This document shows positions 51,508 through 64,000 of a DNA stretch of 64,000 bases, in pieces. The notes under the pieces are model-generated. The model did no database searches, was not told where the DNA came from, and saw only the letters and a program-made list of their open reading frames with translations. This DNA comes from Fimicolochytrium jonesii. Its lineage: Eukaryota. The position numbers and the translations under genes are program-made. The stretch covers positions 1,488,001 to 1,552,000 of the forward strand of contig NW_026515669.1 in NCBI RefSeq assembly GCF_025526975.1, read 5' to 3'. The first letter of the stretch is position 1. Every line of letters starts with the position of its first letter.

Positions 51508-53205
51508 CTATAAGAGAGTAGGGGACCGCATACATGAAGGCAAGATGGAGCAATATAGGCTGCAGGCGGGATAGTGAAGCCGTTGATGGTCGGCGGGATG
51601 AAGCATCGGCTTGATTCGCGAGATTAGGTTGATGGGTTGAAAATATGAGGCGTAGTGAGCGGAATCTATGTCAGGTTGTGGCGTGCTCATAGCCATGAGG
51701 GAGGAATAGGAGAGAGGGCGACTGTCAGCTTGTTGACGGCCCGGGAGGCGGTTTGGTATCTGCGTTGCTTTGTGACCAGTCTTTGCGAATGTGTATGGGC
51801 ACGCTTTGACGAGCCAGGCATTTCGATAGTGCTGTTGATTCTGTTGAGGGCATTGTGGTGAGTACGGAACAGGCACCGCTCGATGGCATGGAGCTCGTAG
51901 ACATACCTGTCATCCCTGGGAAGGCTTTGGGTGGAGTGACTTCGAAGACATCGGACATGAGCGACGTGCTCAATGCAGCTGCCGTATTCTCACTTTTTCG
52001 ACCAGAAGGACAAAGAGGTGGTTTAGATTGTTGTTCTCTGCGAAAATCAGAAGAACGAACGAAGTGAAGCGCATGAAAACACCTACAAGTTCATGTGCAC
52101 AAGGACGAACTTTAGCCGATAAAGTCCCTGGGGTCGCACAGAGAGGTCGTGGAAGATGAAGAACATGCTCTCCTGCCCATCGATGTCCGCGAGAACCTCG
52201 CAAGATGCTACTGTCACACCGACCAGCGTTTGTATACATGTTGCGGCATCTGGTTCCATTCTAAGCTGTGAATCGCTTTCCAAAGATTCCATTGATGTTG
52301 TTCGTGGTGGTTGAGGCGGTGTTACTGGTGGAGAGTCTCGTTGCAATGGAGAAGACAGGTGAGATGAAGAGGAGAGGCGGGATAACGACGCGGGGCGACC
52401 CGACGGAGCAGGCCGTGTCGTTCTGGGAAGATTTGCGTATCGGGAGTTTGACTGTGACATCTTCGGGTCGTTCAGAGGAAGGGTTTCTGCCCCTTGAGAA
52501 TCGGCATCCCATGGGCGAAACGACTTCCGCTCCGCTGGAACAATCGGTGGTGGTGGTGGACGGGATGGAATCTGAGTGGTCATCGATGACTTCCTTGAAG
52601 ATTTGTCGCCGGATGTTATCGCTTCTCGCAAGTCAGCGCTGGAGCTTCCTCGTGAAGGACGGACGATGACATTCCGGTCTTCATCCGTGTCGGGGGCATA
52701 CAACGATGCATGGCAGATGAAGTGGGCTGCTTCCAGCGGTCTATCACTACGTGTCAGGGATGTTGGTGGTTGTCCAATTGGCGACCATCTCGAGGACGGT
52801 GAGGATCTCACCTTGATGGAACTTCACGACCATGAGCGTCGTAGAAGATCAATTGAAGCACAGGAGGAGGGTCGCTAATTGGGAAGATTCCGCTTGAGTT
52901 CTGTAACGGTGTGTCAAATTTCAAAAATCGGGTGTACACTCACATCAGCCTACGGTCTTTGATATCGCTGAATCCGCACATACGCGCTCGACGAGGCTGT
53001 TGCCTCAGAACGAGCTTGAAGCGCCCTCCGCCATAATCGCCTCTACGAGTCAGGGAAAAAAACGGGAGGTAAAGGGAGGTGTGAGAGTTTCAGGGAGCAG
53101 CTGCATATTCCCTGCGCCCGAACGCACAAGCCGGTTTGAGAGAATGAGTACATCATATAGCGGTACTTACTGCGCCGAGCTGAAAGACGATGATGGCGAG
53201 GCCAT
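51508..53205 (-). CDS. Second velvet-domain protein (VelB-like, split domain)
   Basis: FKLVLRQQPRRARMCGFSDIKDRRL...PPPVLQL; FFIFHDLSVRPQGLYRLKF; FEVTPPKAFPGM. Confidence 0.85.
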
Positions 53206-55835
53206 TGTCACGAAAGGAAATGGTGAGTCGGGAAATGCTCCACGCGCCTGAACCTCTTTTTGCTTGACACGCCCCCTAGTGTGTGCGAGCACAGGTGGCG
53301 ATACGGTGAAAGGCGTTGAGAAACGAGAGGCGAGAGCGATACAGGGCCGGCAATAATAAAGTACATAGACTCGTCCCAGTGGAAGGCCCGTCGTTTTCTT
53401 AATAAGGACAGTACCGGTGCCGGCGGCAAGGAGGCTTGGGGAAAGCGCAAGGCGACTCTGGTTCCCGGGCGCGTAAAACGGTGTATTGTTACAGGGACGG
53501 GGGCTTAGCCCAATTGACCAAGGCTTCTCCTTGTGCTAGCGATATGACTGGAGAGGAAAGTGGGGGGTAGCCCTGGGTGTAGGACATCGGTTCAGGGATT
53601 CCGATGGGAGAGGATCTGGACTCATCGAAAGACCGCTGGAGCTTGGAGCCCTTCGATCCTGGGCCTCATCACCATCGGTTCCTCAGGCTAACCATCAGAG
53701 ATGCTGCGATATAGGAGGGTAACATCCCATGACAGCGCAACGTGCGGTTATTACGTTAACGGTGATAGGAGGACGCCTTCCAAAGTCAAACCGGCACCCG
53801 GATGTCACCTTCGATTTCGGTTACCGGTTGTAAAAAAACGCTCCGTCCCAGCGTGATTACGCTTACATCTACAACCCTTCGGGGCCGGATTTTCAAGATT
53901 TTGAATAGTTTGAACCACCTCATTATACCAACTTGAATGGCCATTCTTGTGCGGTAGGAAGCTTAAGGTGGAAATTCGTAAGCGCTATATCCGTAAGCGT
54001 GAGTGTAAGTGATTCCTGAGAGTGGATGCACCTGCTGAAGGTGCATGGCATGCGAGGTGCCCACAAGCAACCAACCATTGCCCTCAAGGATCTTGCATTG
54101 ATGCATTCATGGCCTTTATCCACAACAAGCTCGAATCTTGATGAGCAGGAGGAGGATGTCGCCTCAAACTCAGGGGTCGGCCACACGCATTGCTCGGAAA
54201 CGATGGGTCGCTGGATTTGGTCTCGGCTCGTCATCTGCATGCATGCCGCGCGCCTGATGAGCCCCGATTCCCATGGACAAAAAGCACCGGTTCTCAGGAA
54301 AGTACGTACAATACATACGAGCGCCGGCGGTAAATGATGACAAAAGCTTTATCAAAAACCGCCTTGGGCGTTGTCCTGGCGATCTTCTTGGGCGATCTTT
54401 GTCGGAGGTAAAAGCGGAGGGCGCAGCTCGGTTAGCTGAGCCGTTATTGGAGCCTCCTGTGGATTCCTATACAGATTGCAGCGGGGCTGGGCACTGTGCG
54501 TTGCGGCAGGGCGCGTTGGAGGTTTCCGAGAGTATGGTTCATTGGTTACAGCGAGCTCGTCCAGATGGCAATGTCACGGACGCCAATTTGGCTTGAAAAC
54601 CTGGTCCATGTTGGCCGTGCGAATACTTTCCCTTGCAGTGGAATTTGGTAGTCTTTGTTTCGCTGAAACAACCGATCCAGCGGATCCCTCTATATCACAG
54701 ACAATGCTCAGCTCAGAGCGTCAGAGACGTGCGACTTCGGAGGAACGACAGTTGTCAATTTTTGAGCATGCATTTCCGACCGGCAGACACATTCCGAAAA
54801 CCCATCGACAACCACAAACTGCACTAGTCAGCGACCTAGCCGAAAGCAACACACAACTCGGCACCGTTTTTCTTCATGCACAACGCCGCCAGCGAGCTGA
54901 GCCATACTGTACAGGTGGCGGTGGTAGAGCCTTTGCAGGACAGAAATTTGGTGACCTGGGGTGTTTGCGGGACATCGTGTTCTTGCATATCGGGGCTCGC
55001 CCAGCTACACTGCGCATAGTAGGGCATCCATGGCCTTCAATTGGGACGATGGTGATCGGCAACTACTGGCAAGCAGTCCAGATTCAAGTGGTAGTCACCA
55101 GGTGTGGACGACTAGTGGCGGTCTGCCACTGGGTCTGGGCACACGGGCCCAGCAGGGGAAGACGGGAAGTAAGCGAGGGCGTCGGCAAAGTTGGGATATG
55201 GCAGGTACTGTACAGCTGAGCCATTGGGCCGCATGATATGGATAGCGGACCAAACGTGGGTGTTTCCTCGTTAACATACTTCATGTAACTCGGCGAGATC
55301 GGATGTGTTCATGGAATGTTCCGACACAGGTGCGATACAGGGTACGAGTGTACAAAATGCTACCCATATGCTACCCATGGCAGTCAAGTCAAGACCCCAT
55401 CCTCCTCATAACATTGCAGTTGCATCAAGGTTCCGTACCAAATAGCTCCAGGTTCACGGGCGTCGACCATATATATATATATGTAAAAGAGACTGCTTGA
55501 TGAGCAAGCTGACGGCGAGAAAGCCGACCCATCTCGAAGCATTGCTGATCGGACTCATCGGAGTGACAGAGTCGGCCGACGATATTGTGATCTGGAGTCA
55601 TGCATATAGTATATATCATGGTATACTGTACTTGCTGTACACATTTCTTCCACCTGATCGGTGGGAAGAAATTTGACCGATCAAGCCGGGATCCGCGTCG
55701 CGTACAGTACGGCTCAGGGAGCAGCACAAAGATGTACGTAGGACGTAGGGTTGTCGCCATGGCGAATCGACGGGGGCCGTATAAAGGAGGCTACGGGGAC
55801 GGAGACCCTCTCTTGAATCGGGAGTACAACCAACC

Positions 55836-57682
55836 ATGAAGTTATTGTCAGCACTTCTTTTCGCCGTCGCGGCCTCGTCCGTGCAGGCCAACATCTTTTC
55901 GGACCGTCTGCTGGCCGAAAAGAGTCGTGCCATCCATTTGAAACTCGACACGAAACCAAGTAGTTTGGCTTCCGCTCAAGAGGTTGTCACTGAGCACTTC
56001 TTCAACCAGGTGAGCAGGTGATTGCTGAGGTCTTGAGAACGCGTTTAACCAAACTTTCCCCCCCGGATGTCCCGTTCGACAGACCGTCAACCACTTTGGC
56101 GAGGTGAAGGGCAACGAAACCTACCCACAGTACTACGTCGTGAACGCCAACCACTACAAACCTGGTGGCCCGCTTGTCTTGGATCTTGGTGGTGAATGGA
56201 CGGTGACGCCCGGAAGCGAAAGGCAGGGTTTGCAGCACGACTTCATCGCCAAGTACAATGGTTTGCTTGTTGGTCTTGAACATAGGTAACTATCTTGATT
56301 TCAACTGTCTCGCTGTTTTTATCTAACCATTCGCCCCACCAGGTTTTACGGGCAGTCCTATCCCTCCCAAGATCCCAAGGACCTCTGGCTCTTGACGGTC
56401 GAGCAGGCATTGGCTGATGCTAACAACTTCGTGAAGACCCAGGATTTCAAGGCTGGGAACGTAACAGTCAAGGCTGGAAGCAAGTGGGTCGCCTGGGGAG
56501 GCTCTTACTCTGCCAACTTGGCTGCTTGGGCCAGGTTGAAGTATCCCCAGTCGTTCTGGGCCGCGCATGCTGCTTCCGGCCCCGTGTATGCCAAAATGGA
56601 TTTCCAGGAGTACGCGTACTCGGTATGTTGCACTTGGGCTTTGTCCTGTGCCCTTTTAGCTGAAAGAACCAGCGCACATATATCTCACTGGACTCTCTGT
56701 TCTTCAGGTCGATGTTGGTATTCCTCAAATCGGAGGCTCGCAGGCCTGCGTGGCTGGTCTCAAGCAGGCTACCGCTGCTCTTGATAAGATCCTTCTGAAG
56801 GGCAACAAGAAGCAGATCAAGGATCTCCAAGCCCTGTTCAGCCTTTCTGGTGTCAAATACCCCTCTGACTTTGCGTCCTGGTCGACAACGTTCCTTGCGT
56901 CCAGCATTCAGTACGGACCCAAGTCCTCTTTGGTTAACAACCAGCTTGCCATTGACTATTATTGCAACAACTCTGTCATCACCTCCTCCAAGTTGTCGGC
57001 CAATGACAAGCTCCATGCACTCGCGTCCATCGTCGGCAATGCTACCTTGGAGTATTTCGGAGGTGATATGGAGGCTGCCTACAGCACCATCAACACGCCC
57101 GTTGGCCCCCCGACTATGTCCGAGACCACGTCCTGGTTGTGGCAAGTTTGCACAGAATTCGGATACTGGCAAATCTCTCTGCCCTACGCACCGTCGACCT
57201 ACTCCAAGCTGCTCACCGACCCGTACTTCTCATGGCAATGCAAGCAGATCTTCAAGGGGGTGCGTACACAGTTTGAACATTTGCATTATCTTAAGAAGAC
57301 TTTTCTGATCCCTTCGACATCGCTCTATTAGGTTAAGGTAATCGACCCTAACACTGGTCGCGCAGTTGACTCTCACCGCCCCAACACCGACAAGATCAAC
57401 AAGAACTATTTCGGTACCGACATCATCAAGCATACCGACCACATCGTGTTCGCGAACGGACAAATCGACCCGTGGCACACTCTCAGCGTCCTGAAGGGCA
57501 CCGGCGAATCCATTAAGAAAAACGTCGTCGTTCAGCACTTCGGCTACCACTGCGACGAATTCTCGGGATCTCAAAGCCAGGCTGCGTGGAGGGGTCAATT
57601 GCTGGCCTTCTGGGACAAGTGGTGGGCCGAGTTCAAGGGCAAGCAGGGCGGCTACCAGGCCCGTGCTGCGCGCATCCGTTAG
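55836..57682 (+). CDS. Secreted serine carboxypeptidase, family S28
   Basis: Signal peptide; FFNQTVNHF; LEHRFYGQS; LTVEQALAD; GGSYSANLAAWARLKYP; WLWQVCTEFGYWQ; NGQIDPW; HC. Confidence 0.92.
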
Positions 57683-58048
57683 GTCGTACCGTCCAAGCCG
57701 CGCCTGCCGATGTAGGAAGATAGATAGATACCATCGTAAAGCACGTAGAATTAAGTAGAACAATGCGTTGACGCATGAAGATATCCATATACGAGCTATT
57801 TGCGTAATATTCACATGCCCTTCACGATCTTCCATCAAAATCAGCACAACTCTGATGAGCCAGTGAACAGATTGGGTGGTTCATGTTCAGTTACCAGTCT
57901 TGGCGGTCGTGGGGTGGGGTGGCTGGTGCATCAGAGATTCAAAGCGCGTTCAAACGCTTTCGCGAAGTCGTTTTTCGCGAGAATACTGTAATACTAGCAA
58001 AAGGGCGTCCGCAATCCCATCACTCGCCCGTCGTGCATCCGCCAAAAG

Positions 58049-60902
58049 ATGGCCATTATCGAACCGGGAAAACAAGGGCTGTACTCCCCACCGGCGGGAC
58101 CACCTCCTCCACCACTTATAACGTACTCACCGCCCGCGGGGCCTCCTCCACCTTGGGAGGCCTTCCGGGTCGCATGCCAACGACCTCAAAAGGTTCAACT
58201 GGGAATCTTCGACAATCTTCCAGAGGAGCTAATAGTCGAGGATATCCTTCCCCTGCTGAGCCCCCATTCAATCGAGACGTTATCTCGAGTTTGCCGCGCT
58301 TTTCAAGTTCATTGCAGGGACGATCAGCTGTGGAGACGGATATGCTTGGCGAAGTGGGCAAACCTTGGCTCTCTGCGTTACAAGGGAGACTGGCGAACAA
58401 CATACTACTGCCCTAGGGACGAGGAAGCTGACGAGGAAGCAGCAAAACGCTTTCGAGCTCTCACTGGAGCCTCCAACATTCCGCCGCCCGGTGAGGAAGT
58501 GGACATGGAGTCGTGTCACGCTATGAAGAACACCCAGTTGACCAGCCAAACCTTCAGACCCGGGCTTGTTTCCCTACTCTTTTGCCAAGTGGTGCCGATG
58601 CCATATGAATCTCTCAGGCTTTAACAATTCCTCCATGTCAAACGGCATTCAGAGGGGTTCTAGTCACGATTTCACGGCGGAGCAGTTCCAGAGCAGGTTC
58701 GAGTCATTATCCATACCTCTCCTGATCGGACCTGAATACGTCAAGTCAAACTGGACGGCCATGAAGAAGTGGACAATGGCGAGTCTGTTGGAACAGGTAC
58801 TGCCGTAATTGGAAACTCTATTCCATTCCGTAGGACTGAAAGATATAGCTAGTACGAACACGTTCGCTTCAAAGTTGGCAATGAGTACGGAAACCCGCGA
58901 AAAGTCGACATGTCATTCGGCGCGTACACCGATTATATGATCCGTCAGAACGACGAGTCTCCGCTTTACGTTTTTGACTCGGACTTCGCCGAGAAGGCCT
59001 CCTCGATGTTGGAAGACTATGCAGTACGTGGCACGTTCTAACTTGTCGATGCGATACTCATATGGTGTCTCAGACATAAGCGTTTGCGCCAGGTTCCGCC
59101 AATGTTCAGCGACGACCTGCTGCAAGTGTTAGGGGATGATAGGCCAGATTACCGGTGGTTGGTGATAGGACCATCTCGTTCAGGTGGGATTCGCCTCGAA
59201 GTACATAGATTCGATGGAAGCTCGAGCTCACATGTTGCACAGGAGCAAGCTGGCATGTAGATCCCTTGGGCACTTCGGCGTGGAATGCCTTGATATCGGG
59301 ACGGAAGCGCTGGGCGCTCTATCCGCCAGAGGTCACACCTCCAGGCGTGGACGACGATGAGGAAGGGATGTCTAGCCTGGAATGGTATCTAGAGGTTTAT
59401 CCCTACCTACCGAGTCATATGAAACCCATCGAAGTCATCCAGGAGCCTGGAGAAATCATATTTGTCCCTGCTGGATGGTGGCACCTGGTGCTCAACATTG
59501 ACCCGTGCAACATTGCCGTAACCCAGAACTGGGCGAGCAGATGGAATCTGAGCGGCGTTGTTTCGGAGATGGCTGATTCGGGGAAACCCAAACTTCGGGA
59601 GGTGAGGTTAGACTTGGTTCCACTGGAGGGTGATCGATCTGCTTATTGATGCTGCAGAAATACCAACGATTTCGAGATGCGATTATGGTTTCACACCCGG
59701 AGTTTGCATCAACGTTCACAACTCATGGACCGAGTACCGATCCCATCATTCTATCGGAAGGCTACAGTACGCGTAGCGACTTTCATGAGGGATTCGACTC
59801 GGATGCCGATAAATGGATAGAGCGGATCAACATGATATGGGCTTCCAAGTTTCCCACGAGCTCAACTGTCCTTTTGAAGGACGTAATACCTCTAAGCACT
59901 GGTATAAATCCGGTAAGCGTGTTCTTGTGTTGCAACGTGATTGGCGAGTTTGCAGCTCAATCGTATGCAACGCAGGTGTATTTCCATGCAGAGAGCAACC
60001 ATATTGTAAAGTTCTACTCGCATCTAGGGGGCGGGAAAGCATCGTTCCACTCGGAGGCATCAGCTCTATCGAGACTTTCAGCGCATACTACCAAAGGCCA
60101 TTCCTTTTTTCCTGCACTCCTCGCCAGTGGAACCCTGGCTGATTTACATCCCAGAAAGTTCGACGCCTGGTCATGGCCATACACCGTCCAGTCCAACGAT
60201 GGCGCTTTGGAAACGCTCTCGATGGGCGATGTCTGTGCGTACTTCACTGACATTCATTGGACCGCTTGCGTGGATAGCATCGCAGCGCATGTCCGGGCGC
60301 TCCATCAGACACCACGAGCATCAGATCTGACCGATGTACGTTTATGGAGCCCGTTTCTTCAAGGGAGGATTGAACGGGCGGAAGCCGAGCACGCACGCTG
60401 GGGCCATGTGCCGCCCGTCTTATTGCGTCGCCTCAACGAGTTCATCGGCACTGCTCTCAGCTGCGAAATCGAAGCCATGGCCAGCGTACCAGCCGTCACG
60501 TTATTGCACGGCGACCTCACTCCCGGCAATATCATCGGCCGATGGAACGGACTGGATATAGCCACATGGATGCCCACACAGTTGATCGATTTTGGCGATT
60601 CGCTGCATTGCGTAGACGACACGGCCGACCCGATGTGGGACATTGCCATCCTATACGCGACAACGTTGCGGTGCCAACCTCACTTGCTGCATCGCTTTTT
60701 GGATAGCTACCTAGCGCGAAAGGATTGGAGGCGGGAATGGGAATCTCTTGAAAATCGATTACTAGGGTACATACTCCTCTGGGATTTTGAAGGCGGCGTA
60801 AAGAGTATAAAGCATGCCAGAGGATTCGATTCGCCGGACGAGGGATGGGAGGGCGTTGTACGTAGAATCTATGGCGACGGAAGCTTTGACGGACTAGAGT
60901 AG
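58049..60902 (+). CDS. F-box + JmjC (JMJD6-like) + aminoglycoside-phosphotransferase/kinase-like protein
   Basis: F-box FDNLPEELIVEDILPLL; JmjC RWLVIGP..SWHVDPLGTSAWN...FVPAGWWHLVLN; APH-like LLHGDLTPGNI...LIDFGD. Confidence 0.88.
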
Positions 60903-60987
60903 ACGTGTCTGGGTCTAGTATAGTTCACGATGTTCCAATCTACCCCATGTCTGATATCATGAATCGACCCGTTTGACATTGCTCATA

Positions 60988-61862
60988 TCACAACGGTAAC
61001 GCCATCGCGCTCCTCGGCACCGATGGCAGCTGCGATGATACGGTAGCGGCGGAGCGCTGTTGCGCTCTTTTTCGTTGCTGTTGTTCCCTTAAGTCTGAGC
61101 ACCAGTGAAAAGGTCGTACATCAGGACGTTGGCGAGTCCATCTCACAAGGAGCACGGGATACTCACAGAAAATATTCCCAGACAGGATGTATTGTTTTGG
61201 CGGCGGAGGCAGGGCGGGAGCCGCTGCTGATGTTGCTGGGGCCGCCTCAGCTGCAGGCTTTTCCGATGGCTGTGCGGGCTTTGTGAGGTCTTCCGAACTC
61301 AATCCAATGGTTTGAGCAATAGATGACAACCATCCGCCCGGTACTTTCTCATCAGGCTTATTCAGGTCCTCCTTCTCTTTCGGTGGTACTTTCTCCGCTG
61401 CCTTTGGCGGAGGTTTGGCCGTGGCTGCTGCTGGTTTTCCTGGAGCTTTCGCAGCAGGAGCAGTTGTATATGCTATTGGCGTAGGCGCCACTTTACAGAA
61501 GCTACCGAGAAGGCCAAACGTTAGGGATGAGGTCTTCTGGAAAATGCCTTCTCAAACCCCTCATACCTGGGGTCCTTGATATGCCCTTGGCAAACATAAA
61601 ACCAGTCGCCGCTGTTGTTTGTCTACCAAAAGTGACGAGTTTACAGGGTCGGGATATTTCTTCCCCCAGACATCACAACAAACGGCGCCATGGCTACCCA
61701 CCAGCACACTCGTGCAGAATTTTGAGCAAATAAAACAAGTGCTCTCACTGGTAGCTTTCAGCATGAACAACGTCAGTTGAATGCACTGTTGAAAGACAAA
61801 GAAGCACGATGGCGTTGGCTACCTGTCTTCAGCTGATATAAGTTGGGGAAGGACGTTGCCAT
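60988..61862 (-). CDS. VFA1: Vps4-associated protein 1 (VFA1/DUF1742)-like, multi-exon
   Basis: Manual splicing gives MATSFPNLYQLKT-ATSESTCFICSKFCTSVL-TNNSGDWFYVCQGHIKDP-FCK; C-terminal LPSVP. Confidence 0.7.
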
Positions 61863-62135
61863 CCTGTGTAGCTCCTGGAGTTAAAAGATAGCGGACAATC
61901 CGTAGCTATATTTCCCACAAACTGCTCTCAACTAGCCAGTGACCACGCTCTTGAAGTGCGGAGCCGGAAAACTCTCCATTGGAAAAGCAGCTCAAAGAAC
62001 GCGTCCGTCTCACACGTCATCCGGTAGTTTTGCGTATTGGACGTACGGACTAGAACATGAAGATTAACAACTTATTGAGATACGCCGACGTTTCGAAGCT
62101 CTCCCTTTTCCTATGCTATCCTATGACCTCAACCT

Positions 62136-63087
62136 TCATTTGCTCAACTTTTCCGCATGCCACCTCAAATGGTCCTCTACAAAGGTGCTGATGAAGAAGT
62201 AGCTATGATCGTATCCTTCCTGCATACGGACTTGCACCTGTACTTTGTCATTCGTCTCTGCGGCACTTGTCAATTTGAAAACCTGCAGCTGTTCCTCGAG
62301 GAAGTTGTCGCTGGTGCCTTGATCAACTAAAACGTCGCGTTTGGGTCCGTTATAGGACTCGATCAACGTTGTCGAATCGTACTTGCTCCACGCCGAGGTG
62401 TTGGTGGCCCCGAGATAGTTCGAAAATGCCTTCTTGCCCCAGGGCACGTTCATCGGATTCGCTGGGTTCATCAGACGAGATGGATATGATCAGATCTTTG
62501 CAAGGTTACAAGGTCGACGGGTTTTGCAAAGTCTCTACGTGGAAGAACCTACCAATAGGAGCGAAAGCCGAGATGCTTTTGTACTTCTCCGGATTCCGGA
62601 GACCCAGTACAATCGCTCCATGCCCTCCCATGGAGTGCCCAAATACGCCGACCTTCGCCGTGTCGATTCTCAGGTGTCCCTCCACGGTCTTGGGCAGCTC
62701 CTCTGTGATGTACGAGTACATCTTGTAGTTCTTCCACTTTTCCTCTGTCGCATCAACGTAGAATCCAGCGCCTGTCCCGAAATCCCAACTATCGTCTTCG
62801 CCCTCAATACCCAGTCCACGTGGGCTCGTATCCGGCGAAACCACGATGAGCCCCAGTTCCGCCATCACGTTCTTGCCTCCGGCCTTTTGCATGAAGTTGT
62901 CTTCAGTGCAAGTCAAGCCCGATAGAAAGTAGAGGGTGGGGAACTTGTGGTTCAAGTTGGTTGCGTAGTTCGGTGGCAGAAAGACCGAGTATTTCATTTC
63001 GCAACCGAGAAGCGACGATTGGTGGGAAAACTTCACGACGAAGCCACCGTGCGCTTTGGCGCGAGACAGTTCTTTCGGTGCAGCCAT
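62136..63087 (-). CDS. ESD: S-formylglutathione hydrolase (esterase D)
   Basis: LYFLSGLTCTEDNF, PDTSPRG, WDFGTGAGFYVDAT, GHSMGGHGA, GYDHSYFFISTF; one intron. Confidence 0.96.
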
Positions 63088-63408
63088 GCTGGAAGTCGGA
63101 TATTTGCGTTCGATGAGAGCGGGTATGCCGTAAGGTTGACTGGCACTACTATAGCAGGTTCTATATCTGCGTACTGTACTTGAAATCCGATTATTGCTAA
63201 GTTCCTGCTTCCTCGCGTCGTTTGTCAAGCAAGCGTCGCCAAGAGCATCAAGGGAGGATCAAGCGTCGTTTCGCAGCCCGCCAAACGTATGTCGGCGCTG
63301 AGCATTTCGCCAACTTGCGCTTCTTCACATTTGTGCAATTCGCCCGTTGCAACTCGCGGAACTCGCCTTTTGTAACCTCTTGCTTTCTCGTTCTCATCTC
63401 TCTTCGGA

Positions 63409-64000
63409 ATGCCTCCCAAAGAACCTTCAAAGCCGCCTCGAACTCGACCGCCAAACTTTCCGCCCGATTTCTACGCGTGCTACCTACTGCTGTCGCAGAA
63501 GCCAAAATGCGCCAATCACACTTATGTAGGGTCAACTCCGAATCCCTTGCGGAGACTGCGGCAGCACAACGGGGAGATCAAGGGTGGTGCAAAGAAGACC
63601 ATGAGGAAGAGGCCATGTGCGTGTTTCTGAATATATCAACTACGTTGTCCTATTGAAGTTGTTCTCACCGCTGAAAGTGGCCTGCAGGGGAAATGGTTGC
63701 AGTAGTGTGGGGCTTCCCAAACAAATATGCGGCTCTTCAGGTGAGAGAATGCACTAGCTTGTCAATCCTGGTGTTCCACAACTCACGTGTTACGTCGCTG
63801 GATAGTTTGAGTGGGGCTGGCAACGACCAAATCTTTCCCGGCATTTTACCACGGCGTACCCCGGGGTCTATAAAGGATCATGGGCAGAGCAGCTGCTGGC
63901 TATTAAGCTGCGTGTTCTTTCGGATATGTTGCACTTGCAGCAGTGGGCGCGTTGGCCGCTCAACATCCACTTCACGTCGGAGAAGGTGGCGTCAGCGTTC
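63409..64000 (+). CDS. SLX1: Structure-specific endonuclease Slx1 (GIY-YIG), 5' part
   Basis: FYACYLL...[51 protein letters not shown]. Confidence 0.93.

Noticed and set aside
53900..55500. ORFs including the 247-aa 54476..55219
   Set aside because: No domain signature or coherent splice pattern.
1..64000. tRNA or rRNA genes
   Set aside because: GTTCGA-like hits inspected by eye lacked a cloverleaf context; no rRNA-like sequence was recognised.

Overview
Eukaryotic, intron-rich DNA, most likely from a flagellated (chytrid-type) fungus: it has velvet-domain genes, a CCDC42/CFAP73-type cilia gene and short GT-AG introns. Ordinary host genes flank the window: NUP155/170 (partial), CCDC42-like, TmcB/TmcC-like, a two-domain transmembrane adenylyl cyclase, two velvet regulators, a GPI-anchored secreted protein, a C2H2 factor, Spc7/KNL1, an S28 peptidase, F-box/JmjC/APH, VFA1-like, ESD and SLX1 (partial). 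About 4.7-17.8 kb is a mobile-element and accessory island. Its centrepiece is a 7-exon, spliceable Fanzor1 (eukaryotic TnpB-like RNA-guided nuclease) gene of about 761 codons with an N-terminal NLS, inactivated by two stops and a frameshift. It is followed by a structured, pseudoknot-capable omegaRNA candidate and is possibly delimited by a 7-bp direct repeat. Nearby are an internally deleted Tc1 element inside a host exon, a SWIB-like ORF, a Tet-like 2OG-Fe(II) oxygenase exon, three covarying hairpin repeats, a divergent Prp43-like DEAH helicase split by a solo LTR, a Crinkler-like putative REase gene, a hAT MITE and a pogo-like MITE carrying telomeric repeats. All assignments come from motif recognition and manual splicing; no database search was run.
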